Positions 44,001 through 52,783 of a stretch of 64,000 nt of DNA are shown one piece after another. The notes under the pieces were generated by a model. The model saw nothing but the letters and a program-made list of their open reading frames with translations, searched no databases and was not told the origin of the DNA. Position 1 is the stretch's first letter. The number at the start of each line of letters is the position of its first letter. The DNA lies in contig CBDCTK010000002.1 in assembly GCA_965222225.1 (NCBI GenBank), forward strand, positions 2,336,001-2,400,000, in the 5' to 3' direction. The position numbers and the translations under genes are program-made. This DNA is from Candidatus Poribacteria bacterium (GTDB lineage: Bacteria; Poribacteria; WGA-4E; JAJDTR01).

Positions 44001-44617
44001 GCCGATTTTTTAATACCTTGCAAAGAGTATTGTCTGAATTAAATCGGGCTTATGGTGACCTGCTGGATTTGGTTGCGGGTCTTCTGTCTTCGGCATTTTC
44101 ATTGAGAGGAAACGGCGAGGAGATTCGGGTAGAACTGTATAGACGGGCAGAATCACTGCTTGATTTGACGATTGAGACGAAACTCAAGGGATTTTTCCTT
44201 CGGGTCTGTGACGAAGAACTTGATTTTAGGGAATGGCTTGAGGCAATTGGTACCTACATCGTCCAGAAACCCCCGTCAGCTTGGAACGACACCGACAAAA
44301 CCCAGTTTCAGATGAACCTTGCCGAACTTGGGAAGAAGTTTCACCACTTCGAAGCTGTTTCATTTGATCGACGAAAGCAATCCGATGTGTTTTCTGATAG
44401 TGATGGGGAAGTGATGCGCGTCGGCATCACCACACTCAAGGCGGAGGAGCAGGCGCGAGTAATTACGTTGCATCCAATCGCTGAAACACAGGCAAAGGAA
44501 ATCGAGCATGAAATTGAGCAGATTTTTGAACTCGCTGGCGTTGCCGAGGATACTGAACTTCGTCTTGCTGTATTGGCGCGTCTATCCCGAAAGTTAATGG
44601 AGCAGCTTGAGGATTAA
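41087..44617 (+). CDS. sspC: Large P-loop ATPase (SspC-like, DUF4007-associated)
   Basis: Walker A GPYGSGKS, Walker B LILVVDELGKFLE, EWAKVQGRF, AQNERSLF; lies upstream of a PAPS reductase. Confidence 0.75.
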   Translation: MTKEIPLSAIFHVSSRFRRSVHLERDFYAENSLDGYVVTVTARETLRRLISALENPSASKAWSLTGPYGSGKSAFALFAAKLVGNPESPDTKQALNLLERGDEALWNQFVGVCTSRPKERGFCPVLISGERAPITIALLRGLAGGLTAFGSGSEFVPLIKAIERRLGSATPESPPYASEITGFFETATHQIGEIGGAGLILVVDELGKFLEYAAQHPSQGDMFVLQSLAEFAARSEDTPLFLLTILHQAFEQYAQRLGKSQREEWAKVQGRFEDVAFMEPTEQVLRLIGDAIEADHHVNASKALGKARSFLAVSVDLDLKPRQLTTYNFLQLLENCLPLHPTVALIVGSLFRRFAQNERSLFALLNSGEPHGLQDFLANSICNGNRLPLFSLPDLYDYINTAFGNRLYGSSDGKKWAGIESAIARLPNPSPMMVTLIKTIGLLGVVGEVSANLKGSTNLLRYALDNGTENYSQEFESALSELEKRSIAIYRRHNGAYALWEGSDIDIESRLSEATAQLDSNQRLAPTISEVLPPQPLIARRHLFESGTLRYFVIRYTDVERFDADLQEPLGNADGLVLYALPASEFETETLVKKATEVADRTEVLIAIPQSIDLLQDAVAELRRLRWVEENTPELAGDATARRELSARIAEAERTLSNQLSSVFGATIAAQEEGGCTWYHGSQPKKIVSRRELNEYLSKICDDVYYETPILRNELINQRQLSHSASRARRMLIKAMLECGVQENLGITGYPPERSVYLSLLSDTGIHRYVSGEWGLHPPKSDRNNISYTWSTIEAFLDDCEVERQPVSELYKRLEEPPIGLRSGPMPILLCAVLLHYEAEIALYEDGSFITDISIPVFERLIRSPEKFELKRFRMSGIRSEVFSQFLTLISKPSPETGQPNLLAVVKPLVRFVTKLPRYTMLTQELTQEAIEFRKTITSAREPDALLFVQLPQALGFDAFGPYEEMNPTTVGRFFNTLQRVLSELNRAYGDLLDLVAGLLSSAFSLRGNGEEIRVELYRRAESLLDLTIETKLKGFFLRVCDEELDFREWLEAIGTYIVQKPPSAWNDTDKTQFQMNLAELGKKFHHFEAVSFDRRKQSDVFSDSDGEVMRVGITTLKAEEQARVITLHPIAETQAKEIEHEIEQIFELAGVAEDTELRLAVLARLSRKLMEQLED

Positions 44618-44670
44618 ATGGAGCAACCTGAAAATAGGCAGGCGAATTGTGCTCCCAGCAGGCAGCACAG

Positions 44671-44699
44671 TTGACAAAATAGCGTTTACGGCTTATAAT
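44671..44699 (+). promoter_or_regulatory. Perfect-consensus sigma70 promoter
   Basis: TTGACA-N17-TATAAT. Confidence 0.8.
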
Positions 44700-44707
44700 A
44701 TCAGATT

Positions 44708-44790
44708 GTAGGGTGCGATCAACCGAGTGAACAACGATCAAAGGAACGGATAGTGACTGCGATAGAAGATCCCGTGCGATATAGATCCTA
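44708..44790 (+). repeat. REP head plus GA-hairpin chain
   Basis: Partial copy at 44717, full copy at 44736. Confidence 0.9.
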
Positions 44791-44940
44791 CAGGTATATA
44801 GCAGGCAACTACAAAAACATGAAAAACCTTTCTTCAAATCAGCAATAATGGCTTTGCTATCGATTATTTAAACGGGCTCTAAAGCGGAGGGGATTTCTGC
44901 CCTATCGAGATGAAGCAAGATGCGGTGGGATCAAAACGGG

Positions 44941-45132
44941 ATGAAAATCGTCTACGACAGTGAAGCCGATGTTCTGTACGTTACTCGTGGCACACTAGAA
45001 TACACAGAGTACATTGAGCACTCCGAAGATGTAATTCTCCGTCTCGACCCCGACACCAAACGGTTGGTCGGAATCACAGTCATCGATCTTTCGCAGCACT
45101 TCGGGAAAGCGGATTTCAGCTTATCCAACTGA
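44941..45132 (+). CDS. DUF2283-like small protein
   Basis: MKIVYDSEADVLY...VILRLD....LVGITVID pattern. Confidence 0.75.
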   Translation: MKIVYDSEADVLYVTRGTLEYTEYIEHSEDVILRLDPDTKRLVGITVIDLSQHFGKADFSLSN

Positions 45133-45155
45133 AATCCGTCCATCAGGAGGTAGAC

Positions 45156-45974
45156 ATGATCGAAAATAGACGCCACATCCTTGGGCTTTCCGGCGGCAAA
45201 GATAGCTCGGCGCTCGCCATTTACATGCGGAGTAGGGTGCCGGAGATGGAGTACGCTTTCTGCGACACCGGGAAGGAACTGCCGGAGACGTATGAATTTC
45301 TCGATCGCTTGGAAGCCTTTCTAGGCAAGAAGATTGAACGGTTAAACGCCGATCGTGACTTTGACCACTGGCTCTCGGTCTTTGGTGGACTGCTCCCGTC
45401 ATCTCAAGTGCGTTGGTGCACGCGCTTGTTGAAAATTAAACCGTTTGAGGAATTCGTGGGTGATGACTTGGCTTACAACTACGTCGCCATACGCGCCGAT
45501 GAAAACCGCGTCGGTTACAAGCCGCTCAAGAACGTTGAGAACCGAAATATCGAACCCAAATATCCGTTTAAGGAAGATGGCATCACCGAGGCGGATGTCT
45601 ATCGGATTCTGGAGGAGAGCGGTCTAGGCTTGCCAGAGTACTACAAGTGGCGGACACGCTCAGGATGCTATTTCTGTTTCTATCAACGCAAAGCCGAATG
45701 GGTTGGATTGATGGAAAAGCACCCCGATCTCTTTGAACTCGCTAAGACTTACGAGAAATTCAACGATGAGACGGGCGAGAGGTATACCTGGAGCCAAAGT
45801 GAAAGTTTGGCAGAACTTTCGGATACCGAGCGGATTGAGCAGATTAAGGACAGTTACGCGAAAGCCATGACGCGGAAGAAAACCTCGCAACCGAATCGTT
45901 CCTTGGTAGAAATTTTCGACGACACGCTTGATGACGAGGATGATGAGGAACCTTGTCTGATTTGCGATTTGTGA
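45156..45974 (+). CDS. sspD: PAPS reductase family protein (SspD/DndC-like)
   Basis: LSGGKDS PP-loop, DTGKE, RWCT, RSGCYFC, terminal CLIC; AGGAGG RBS. Confidence 0.85.
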   Translation: MIENRRHILGLSGGKDSSALAIYMRSRVPEMEYAFCDTGKELPETYEFLDRLEAFLGKKIERLNADRDFDHWLSVFGGLLPSSQVRWCTRLLKIKPFEEFVGDDLAYNYVAIRADENRVGYKPLKNVENRNIEPKYPFKEDGITEADVYRILEESGLGLPEYYKWRTRSGCYFCFYQRKAEWVGLMEKHPDLFELAKTYEKFNDETGERYTWSQSESLAELSDTERIEQIKDSYAKAMTRKKTSQPNRSLVEIFDDTLDDEDDEEPCLICDL

Positions 45975-45987
45975 GGACCAAATCAGT

Positions 45988-46581
45988 ATGTTATCCAACC
46001 TACCAGTTAAGCTTGTTCGATACAAACAAATAGCAACATGGAAAGATTGTCAGAATGCGCTCCCGACAGATGAACCTGCTGTTTACGCATGGTTTCAAGA
46101 TTTGACTTTGTCTGAAACTGTTCTTCATTCAGAGGAGAAATTTGTTGATACTATCATGCAGTGGTTTATGAATCCTCAGTCCGAAAAACGAGAAGCTCAT
46201 ATTTCGCCATTCTATGAGGTTGGTATAACAATTAAGTCTAAAAACCTTTCATCAGATAAGGAAGAGGATTTGAGGCAATATGCACACAGAGAAAACACCC
46301 GAAGAGAAATAGGTAGAGTTCTTGAAGCGATGTCCGTTTTTCAATCGCCATTATATATCGGGAAGGCCGATAAACTAGCGGACCGTATATGGGACCATAT
46401 TGATCGCAAGAGTGGTCTGCGTGACCGACTTGAAACAGCTGGTTTGTCTCTTGATAATTGTTTATTAGCCTATGTGCAGATATCCAAAAGCGACGGAGAA
46501 ACTCAAACTTCCTTGGTCAGATTAGTTGAAGATATCATCACAAGACTGTCGCGACCAGGGTTTGTATTACGTATTGGTTAA
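45988..46581 (+). CDS. Putative GIY-YIG-like nuclease
   Basis: PAVYAW ... PLYIGKA..L..RI..H ... VED ... P pattern. Confidence 0.6.
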   Translation: MLSNLPVKLVRYKQIATWKDCQNALPTDEPAVYAWFQDLTLSETVLHSEEKFVDTIMQWFMNPQSEKREAHISPFYEVGITIKSKNLSSDKEEDLRQYAHRENTRREIGRVLEAMSVFQSPLYIGKADKLADRIWDHIDRKSGLRDRLETAGLSLDNCLLAYVQISKSDGETQTSLVRLVEDIITRLSRPGFVLRIG

Positions 46582-46604
46582 ATCCAAGAATTAAGGACAG
46601 CATT

Positions 46605-48461
46605 ATGTCAAACAATATACTTGACACTTTCGAGGCGGAAACACAGAATAAATATACACAGGAATTAATCTTTGTTCCGGGTGAATATAGGCTTTCTCAA
46701 ATTGGCACAATACCATATTTTGCTGCAGTTATGCCCCTCCGAGATCTAGTTGATCAAATTTATCTTGTTGAAGACATACCTGAAGAGACAAGGTTTAATT
46801 GGTCCTTAGAAGAGTTGTTCCAACGGGATATCAGCTGGAAAAGAGTAAGAGAAGAACTAGTTGACGGATATCTCAAGAATCATAACAAACTCACCTTCTT
46901 CAACTCATTGACAATTGCGTTGTTACCTAGAAACGGATTAGTGATAGAAGACTCCTACGGCGAAGCAGAATTTTCACCTTCCGGTCGCGGCGAGGGCTGG
47001 AATAGAACTGACGTTGGGAACATCTGCGTTGAGTTTTTGAATTCCGGTGGCATAGGAGTACTTCGATGGAATAAGGACAGGATTTTCCCCGTCGCAATTG
47101 ATGGACAACATCGTTTAGCCGCTTTGAAGGAATATTACAACCAGAGGCGGGAGAATACAGCACCGAATTCCCCTGAATTTAACACGAAGATCCCGCTTAT
47201 CTTTTTGATTCTTGACCAACGACTTGGATTCGAAGGGAGGCCTGAAGACTCTCTAATACGAACACTCAGAGAAATCTTTATAGATTTGAACAAAAACGCC
47301 AAGGAAGTACCAAATTCTAGAGTTATACTTCTTGAAGACCAAGATATTCAATCCTTGTGTGTTCGTACCTTGCTTGCCAACAAGGCCAAAGATCTTTCCG
47401 CAGATGTCCTGCCATTATCCGTTGTAACATGGCGTCAAGATGAGGCTAAGTTTGATTCGGGTTACAGTTTTACCTCTGTCTTGAATCTTAATGATATTGT
47501 CAGTAATTGCTTTGATCGTGCCTCCCTTCAAGTGGCGGATTTGTTGGAAGAAAGGCGAATAAAACAGTACGTCGATAAAATTAAGGCAAAGCTTCAGTTG
47601 GAGTCTAGTGACCAAGAAAGTATTCAAGAGCTCGTACAATTATGTATTAGTAGACTAGATCCATTCGCTTTCAAGGAAGAGCACTTAAACGCTATTCGGG
47701 CGGCCTTTTGTCAACAATGGGCACCTCATATAGTCAAAGTATTTAAAGAGTTTGAACCTTATAGGAATTACCTTTCAACAGCGCAAGAAATTGGGGCTCT
47801 GGATGGGATGTTATCTGATTATTTACTGCTTCCAATCGAAAAACGCAATACGTTCGAAGATAGAAAGAAAATTGACGACGAAACATTCAATCCTGACATC
47901 GAAATTGAGGCTCCCCTCAAAAAATTGGAAAATTTGAAATTGAACGAGTGGGCGTTTCAAGTTGTATTTCAAAAGGCGCTTTTTATCAATCTCTTTGAGC
48001 TGGAGCCGCAAGCGTCATCTGTATTTCAGGTCAATGGGAGAGACAATATTGTTACTTGGTGGATTTCTCATCTAAACGAACTTCATCGACAAGGAGTTTT
48101 TCATCTTCATTGGAAGGCCGAAAAGGGAATGGCCGACTTATGGTTAGGGATTGCTAACAATCCTGGTTCGGGGACAATCCAATATTCTCAAGCGGCTGCT
48201 AACCGAATAAGTTCCTTCATTACGATTTGCATTTATTTTAAGCACAGCGATTTAACGCTGAATGTAGACGAGTTTGCGAATTCCCTGATGGATGATAGTG
48301 ACACACTTCCAGCGCTAGTAAAAAATGCTTTCAGTAGGGTCAAGGCAGGATTAGAATCCTTAGTAAAAGCGATGACGTCTTCTGATGAGATTGATGAGGA
48401 AACATTGGATCGAGATGTGAAATCGCACCTTGTAAAACGGCTCAATCCACTTCGAGGTTGA
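46605..48461 (+). CDS. DGQHR/DndB-like domain protein with a long C-terminal region
   Basis: LFQRD, AIDGQHRLAAL, IFIDLNKNAKEV. Confidence 0.85.
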   Translation: MSNNILDTFEAETQNKYTQELIFVPGEYRLSQIGTIPYFAAVMPLRDLVDQIYLVEDIPEETRFNWSLEELFQRDISWKRVREELVDGYLKNHNKLTFFNSLTIALLPRNGLVIEDSYGEAEFSPSGRGEGWNRTDVGNICVEFLNSGGIGVLRWNKDRIFPVAIDGQHRLAALKEYYNQRRENTAPNSPEFNTKIPLIFLILDQRLGFEGRPEDSLIRTLREIFIDLNKNAKEVPNSRVILLEDQDIQSLCVRTLLANKAKDLSADVLPLSVVTWRQDEAKFDSGYSFTSVLNLNDIVSNCFDRASLQVADLLEERRIKQYVDKIKAKLQLESSDQESIQELVQLCISRLDPFAFKEEHLNAIRAAFCQQWAPHIVKVFKEFEPYRNYLSTAQEIGALDGMLSDYLLLPIEKRNTFEDRKKIDDETFNPDIEIEAPLKKLENLKLNEWAFQVVFQKALFINLFELEPQASSVFQVNGRDNIVTWWISHLNELHRQGVFHLHWKAEKGMADLWLGIANNPGSGTIQYSQAAANRISSFITICIYFKHSDLTLNVDEFANSLMDDSDTLPALVKNAFSRVKAGLESLVKAMTSSDEIDEETLDRDVKSHLVKRLNPLRG

Positions 48462-48559
48462 AGATTCCTCCTGTTTAAAGAGCCGTCAGAAAATTACTGA
48501 GATGGACCACCATAGATTTGATTCGCAAACCAATTTACGGAGGATATGTAGAGATAGTT

Positions 48560-48709
48560 AACCCAAGTTCCCTCCTTTGTCCGACAGGGGCACAGAAACC
48601 GAGCTAATTCCGACGTGAAAACACGAGATTGACGAAAATCAGGCCAATATACCTTTAATTTAGCGAACGTGGACCAAAAACTCGGTTTCTCTGTTATAGG
48701 TAGTAACTT
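48560..48709. repeat. ~150-bp MITE-like dispersed repeat, copy 2
   Basis: Colinear with 11785-11934. Confidence 0.7.
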
Positions 48710-48877
48710 GCGTTAAGTAATTTAAAGCCTACCTCTGTTCCTGTCCTTTGATACGAGCCATGGTGACACATTCTTTTTTGGGCAGCAGGACCTTACCTAG
48801 GAGAACAAAAGTTCCCCCACGGGCGTTGCGGCTCTATTTCAAACGCAGCACCGTAGACAAACACCTAGATTACTTTT

Positions 48878-50126
48878 GGGACTTAGTAGTTAACTGCTTT
48901 TTGGTCGATTTGCTTGCTTTTCTCTTCTTAATGTACAATAACTTTAGACAGTGTTCGGAATCTTGATTCACACTAAAATACATCTCTATAAGAGAGAAAT
49001 GGAGGCATATCATGTTGACCAAGCGTTTGTACATGCTCGCGGGAGCATTGCGGGTTATCTGCGGGATTTTAATTTCCAACACTATGGGATTTTCAGCACA
49101 CCATGATGTTGTCGTTGACAGAATATACCGATAGCCAAACAATTCATGTGGCTCAGGTGAAGCATTCATCAAAAAATCTTATGAAAATCTCATCATCTTT
49201 TCTGCGATTATATTTCCAGCAAGACTCCATGATATACAGTGGCAGCCACTTCTTGCTGTAGTGATGATGCGTTCCGTAGAATGACCTCTTGACACAAGCC
49301 CAAAACGACTCGATGGTGTTGGTGTGAGTTACGCCGTCCTCAGAAACATATCTCTCTTGGTGATGGATAACATGTCTTTCGATATCTTCGTCCAGACTAT
49401 TGTAAGAGCGAAATTCATCAGTCATAAGAATAGACTCATCGGGTGAGACATTGCTAAGGATGAATTCTCTGATATTTTCACCAGATAGAACCTTCATGAA
49501 TTTAGCAACCACCCGACCGCCTCTCTCGACTACGCCGATGACGGGAGATTTATTTGTGCCTCTACCTCTCTTAGATTTTGCTCTGGGTTTGCCGCCGACA
49601 TAGGTTTCGTCCGCTTCAACTATCCCTTTCAGCAATTCATCACTATCACTCATTTTCTCACGGAGGCGCATTGCCATATACCAAGCGGACTTTTGATTCA
49701 TGTCCAAGTCACGAGCAAGCTGACAACTCGATATGCTTTTCTTGGCATTGGAAAGAATTGAGATAGCCAAAAACCATTTCTGGAGAGGTATCTTGGTACC
49801 ATGGAAGATGGTTCCTGCTGTAGCCGAAAAGCTAGATTCACAATCGTAGCAATTCCAACCAGTAGTAATGTCGTTTTTGTTCTTGCGTCCAACTTTTTCA
49901 CTGCCACAGTGGATACAGCAAACACCGTCCTTCCAACGTTTTTCCTCTATAAATCTGAGACAAGATTCTTGATTTGGAAACTCTTTCATAAGATTCAAAA
50001 TGTCCATAGCAAACTCCTACGAGAAGAATAGTCACTATGGACATCTACGTGTGACGAAAAGATTTACGACAGGGTACCAAGTTTTATGTTTGTCGTCAGT
50101 CTAAAAGCTACAAGCTACTAATTCCG
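48878..50126 (-). mobile_element. IS1595-family insertion sequence
   Basis: Imperfect TIRs GGGACTTAGTAGTTAACTGCTTTT / CGGAATTAGTAGCTTGTAGCTTTT (rc); 8-bp TSD TTACTTTT at 48870-48877 and 50127-50134. Confidence 0.88.
49153..50007 (-). CDS. IS1595 family transposase
   Basis: CxxC...CxxC zinc ribbon, VEADETY, MTDE, HTNTIESFW, WKYN. Confidence 0.95.
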   Translation of the reverse strand: MDILNLMKEFPNQESCLRFIEEKRWKDGVCCIHCGSEKVGRKNKNDITTGWNCYDCESSFSATAGTIFHGTKIPLQKWFLAISILSNAKKSISSCQLARDLDMNQKSAWYMAMRLREKMSDSDELLKGIVEADETYVGGKPRAKSKRGRGTNKSPVIGVVERGGRVVAKFMKVLSGENIREFILSNVSPDESILMTDEFRSYNSLDEDIERHVIHHQERYVSEDGVTHTNTIESFWACVKRSFYGTHHHYSKKWLPLYIMESCWKYNRRKDDEIFIRFFDECFT

Positions 50127-50182
50127 TTACTTTTTCAATAACTGAAGCAAGATGTAGCATCTCCATACCTAGCAAATCAATT

Positions 50183-50758
50183 ATGAAAAACTTATTGATA
50201 AAAGACGCAAATGAGATACATTCATGCCCATCCAAGTATGAAACATACCGTCGTAATATAGAAAAAGTGGAATATAAGAGATTTTGCCTGACTGAAGCGC
50301 AGTTTAATCACTTAGTTTTCATGGAAGCTAATGACACCGTTTGGGACAAAAATCAGGCACTGGTTAATAAGCTAACTCCCGAAGGTCAGCCCCGCACGCT
50401 CAAAGCCGTAACGGAGAGAATTGTGAAGGAATATCCTCATGATTCGCCTATCAACGTCTTTAAGCATCTGTCTGAGGATGAGCCGTGGTTTGACGGATGT
50501 TTTATTGTGAGTGCTCGATTCGATCATCGTTTACTGGGGGAATTGAAGATTAGGCCCTTGACTCACTGGGAGAAAAAGCATTCCCCTGAAGATTCATTTT
50601 ATCTTGAGGACGGGAATCACAGGGCCTTGGTTTATTCTGTTTTCCTTCAATTAGGGGCCTCAAAAGAATATGAATCTGCGTACGCAGTTTGGAGCCTAGA
50701 TTGGGAGCATATTTATCCATGGGCACGGGTGTCCCAAAACAGTCAAAAGGAATACTAG
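50183..50758 (+). CDS. Hypothetical protein with a ParB/Srx-like DGNHR motif
   Basis: YLEDGNHRAL; AT-rich. Confidence 0.55.
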   Translation: MKNLLIKDANEIHSCPSKYETYRRNIEKVEYKRFCLTEAQFNHLVFMEANDTVWDKNQALVNKLTPEGQPRTLKAVTERIVKEYPHDSPINVFKHLSEDEPWFDGCFIVSARFDHRLLGELKIRPLTHWEKKHSPEDSFYLEDGNHRALVYSVFLQLGASKEYESAYAVWSLDWEHIYPWARVSQNSQKEY

Positions 50759-51850
50759 TGGACACAATCACTGGTTTCATTCGCCATCGTTCCCTACAAT
50801 GCCGATTATCAAGAAAATAACAGTGCGCGAGAGCTAGCTTTACACTCCTCAGTTGATCGCACTAGCTTCCCACCCAATCCCGCGAGCCGACGCTAACCCA
50901 TCCTAGAAGAACACCCGAGAAGATATAGGCTTGCCAATGGCATGAACTGTGTCTTGTTCGCAGGACGTGTCAACCCATACCAGCAGCCCTAGCCGTTAAT
51001 CTCTGTATTATTGCATTAGACATCTTTCCAAAATATCTCTTTGTAGGTACGGTAATCTTGCTGATTAGAATAGCTATACTGTTTGCCGCCTTGTCGAGGA
51101 ATGTCTCACGTTAACAATTATGGCAATCACATTCCATGTTTTCTCATAGTTGCGAGTTTGCCTCGATAGATGTCTTTGGTGATGCGAGACATCTTACACC
51201 GTCTGACAATATGCTCAATGGCAACCACTTCGTGTTGTCAACTTTCGGTGGCATGGCTTCGCCCGCTGAGTCAAGCGCTTGCTCCGATATTCCTTGATGG
51301 GCGTCGAACTGTTGGCATACAGTTTGGCTATGCCCTGATAACCACTGAAAGAAAACTTCCCTTGCCTCCCGCAACTCGTTACTTTTAGATTGAAAACTTA
51401 ACAGTTGTGGAGTATATTGTAACAGACCATGACAAACCGTCATGGCGACGGAACTTTTTTTCTGTTAGCATTACGATTCCTGAGAACCCGCTCCAGCAAA
51501 AGAATTCTCCATTTCAGAAAATGCTAACGCGCCGCATAAATCAATGCTCGGTTAGCATCTCTTTTCACCGTATCGGTTCAATGAGAAAAAGCGGCACGTC
51601 GCGCAGCAAGCGGAGATCCGAGCGTTCATTGAGGCAGACTCGCAAATCGCCGCAGCCTTGCAAGAGATGACCGATGTCTATTACACCTAAGAGTCGCGCA
51701 TATAGGTCTTACGCAGTTGAATTCGCGTAAAATCGTCAAATTTCGTCAAATTTCGTCAAGTATATACTTGACGTCGGCTGAGATTGCGCTATTTCTCGGC
51801 CAAAATTTGGGCTAATTTGAATGAGTGGCTTTTGAGCATTTCCCCTCTGA

Positions 51851-52075
51851 CAAGCGAACGGATAGTGAGTGCGATAGTAAATCCCTCAAGCGAACGGATA
51901 GTGAGTGCGATAGAAAGTCCTGTGCGATAGTAAATCCCTCAAGCGACTGAACAAGGATCAAGCGAACGGATAAGGAGTGATCAACTGACTGGACAAGGAA
52001 GGCGATAGTAATTCCTGATAGCGAATCCCGTGCGATAGAAGATCCTGATAGAGATCCCTCAACTGACTGCATAAT
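51851..52075 (+). repeat. Long chain of GA-hairpin elements and tails
   Basis: Duplicated caagcgaacggatagtgagtgcgatag; full copy at 51979. Confidence 0.9.
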
Positions 52076-52783
52076 GACCGGCAAATTCAAGATATCTCAC
52101 GAAGATCATACCGAGCGCATCCGTCGGCGAGTCTACGATGGCTGGACAACCTCGCAAATCGTCGATTCACGCATAGAAAAATACCCGATGTGGAAACATA
52201 TTGACCGCAGCAAATTTATAGACGCATCATTACTTTCTAACCCGCGTAACTGTTTAGTGGCTAGTGATTAGTGACTAGCAAAAACCTTAAAGCCGTAAGA
52301 CGTGCAAGGAATTGCATTACTACGAACCTGCAAGCGGAGATTTCGTAGCGCAAAGATCTCTATGGGAGCTCTATCGCACTCACTGTTCGTTCGCTTGATT
52401 ACTCGCTATTCACTCGCTTGATCTGTCAGATTGTGCTTGTGATGCGCAAACTGACAGTTTGCGGTACGGGAGACTTATTCCACAACACTGTAGGACAGGA
52501 CATGAATCTCACTAGTCACTGACCACAAGCCACTGGCCACTAAACACTTACTAACCCGCTATCCAAGTGCTCCCCAAAAAAGTGGGGTGAAATATACGAG
52601 CGAACTTTAGCGAACTTTAACGAAGCGCGTCGCGCATGGCTTCAAGCCACGCCCGGCAAGGCTTCAAGCGCAATTTCAGAGCTTGTCGAAAAAGTTCGCT
52701 CTAATCTCGACAACGTCACTGTAAACGACACACGCGATCTGCTTGCCGTAGCGCGCTCCATCAACTCCATCGGTGGCTTTTGA
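52074..52783 (+). pseudogene. 131-aa hypothetical gene interrupted by a MITE
   Basis: Removing 52246-52551 and one TSD restores a continuous frame ...SNPLSKCSPKKWG...NSIGGF*. Confidence 0.75.
52246..52551. mobile_element. 306-bp MITE
   Basis: TIRs GTAACTGTTTAGTGGC / GTAAGTGTTTAGTGGC (rc) extended by heptamer repeats; TSD TAACCCGC at 52238-52245 and 52552-52559; reverse hairpin copies inside at 52354-52423. Confidence 0.85.

Noticed and set aside
50760-51700. Short ORFs in the region after the DGNHR gene
   Set aside because: Possibly decayed coding DNA, but no family or consistent frame could be supported.
51851-52075. CRISPR array interpretation of the repeat chains
   Set aside because: There is no constant repeat separated by unique 30-40 nt spacers, the variation lies inside the unit, and no cas genes are visible.
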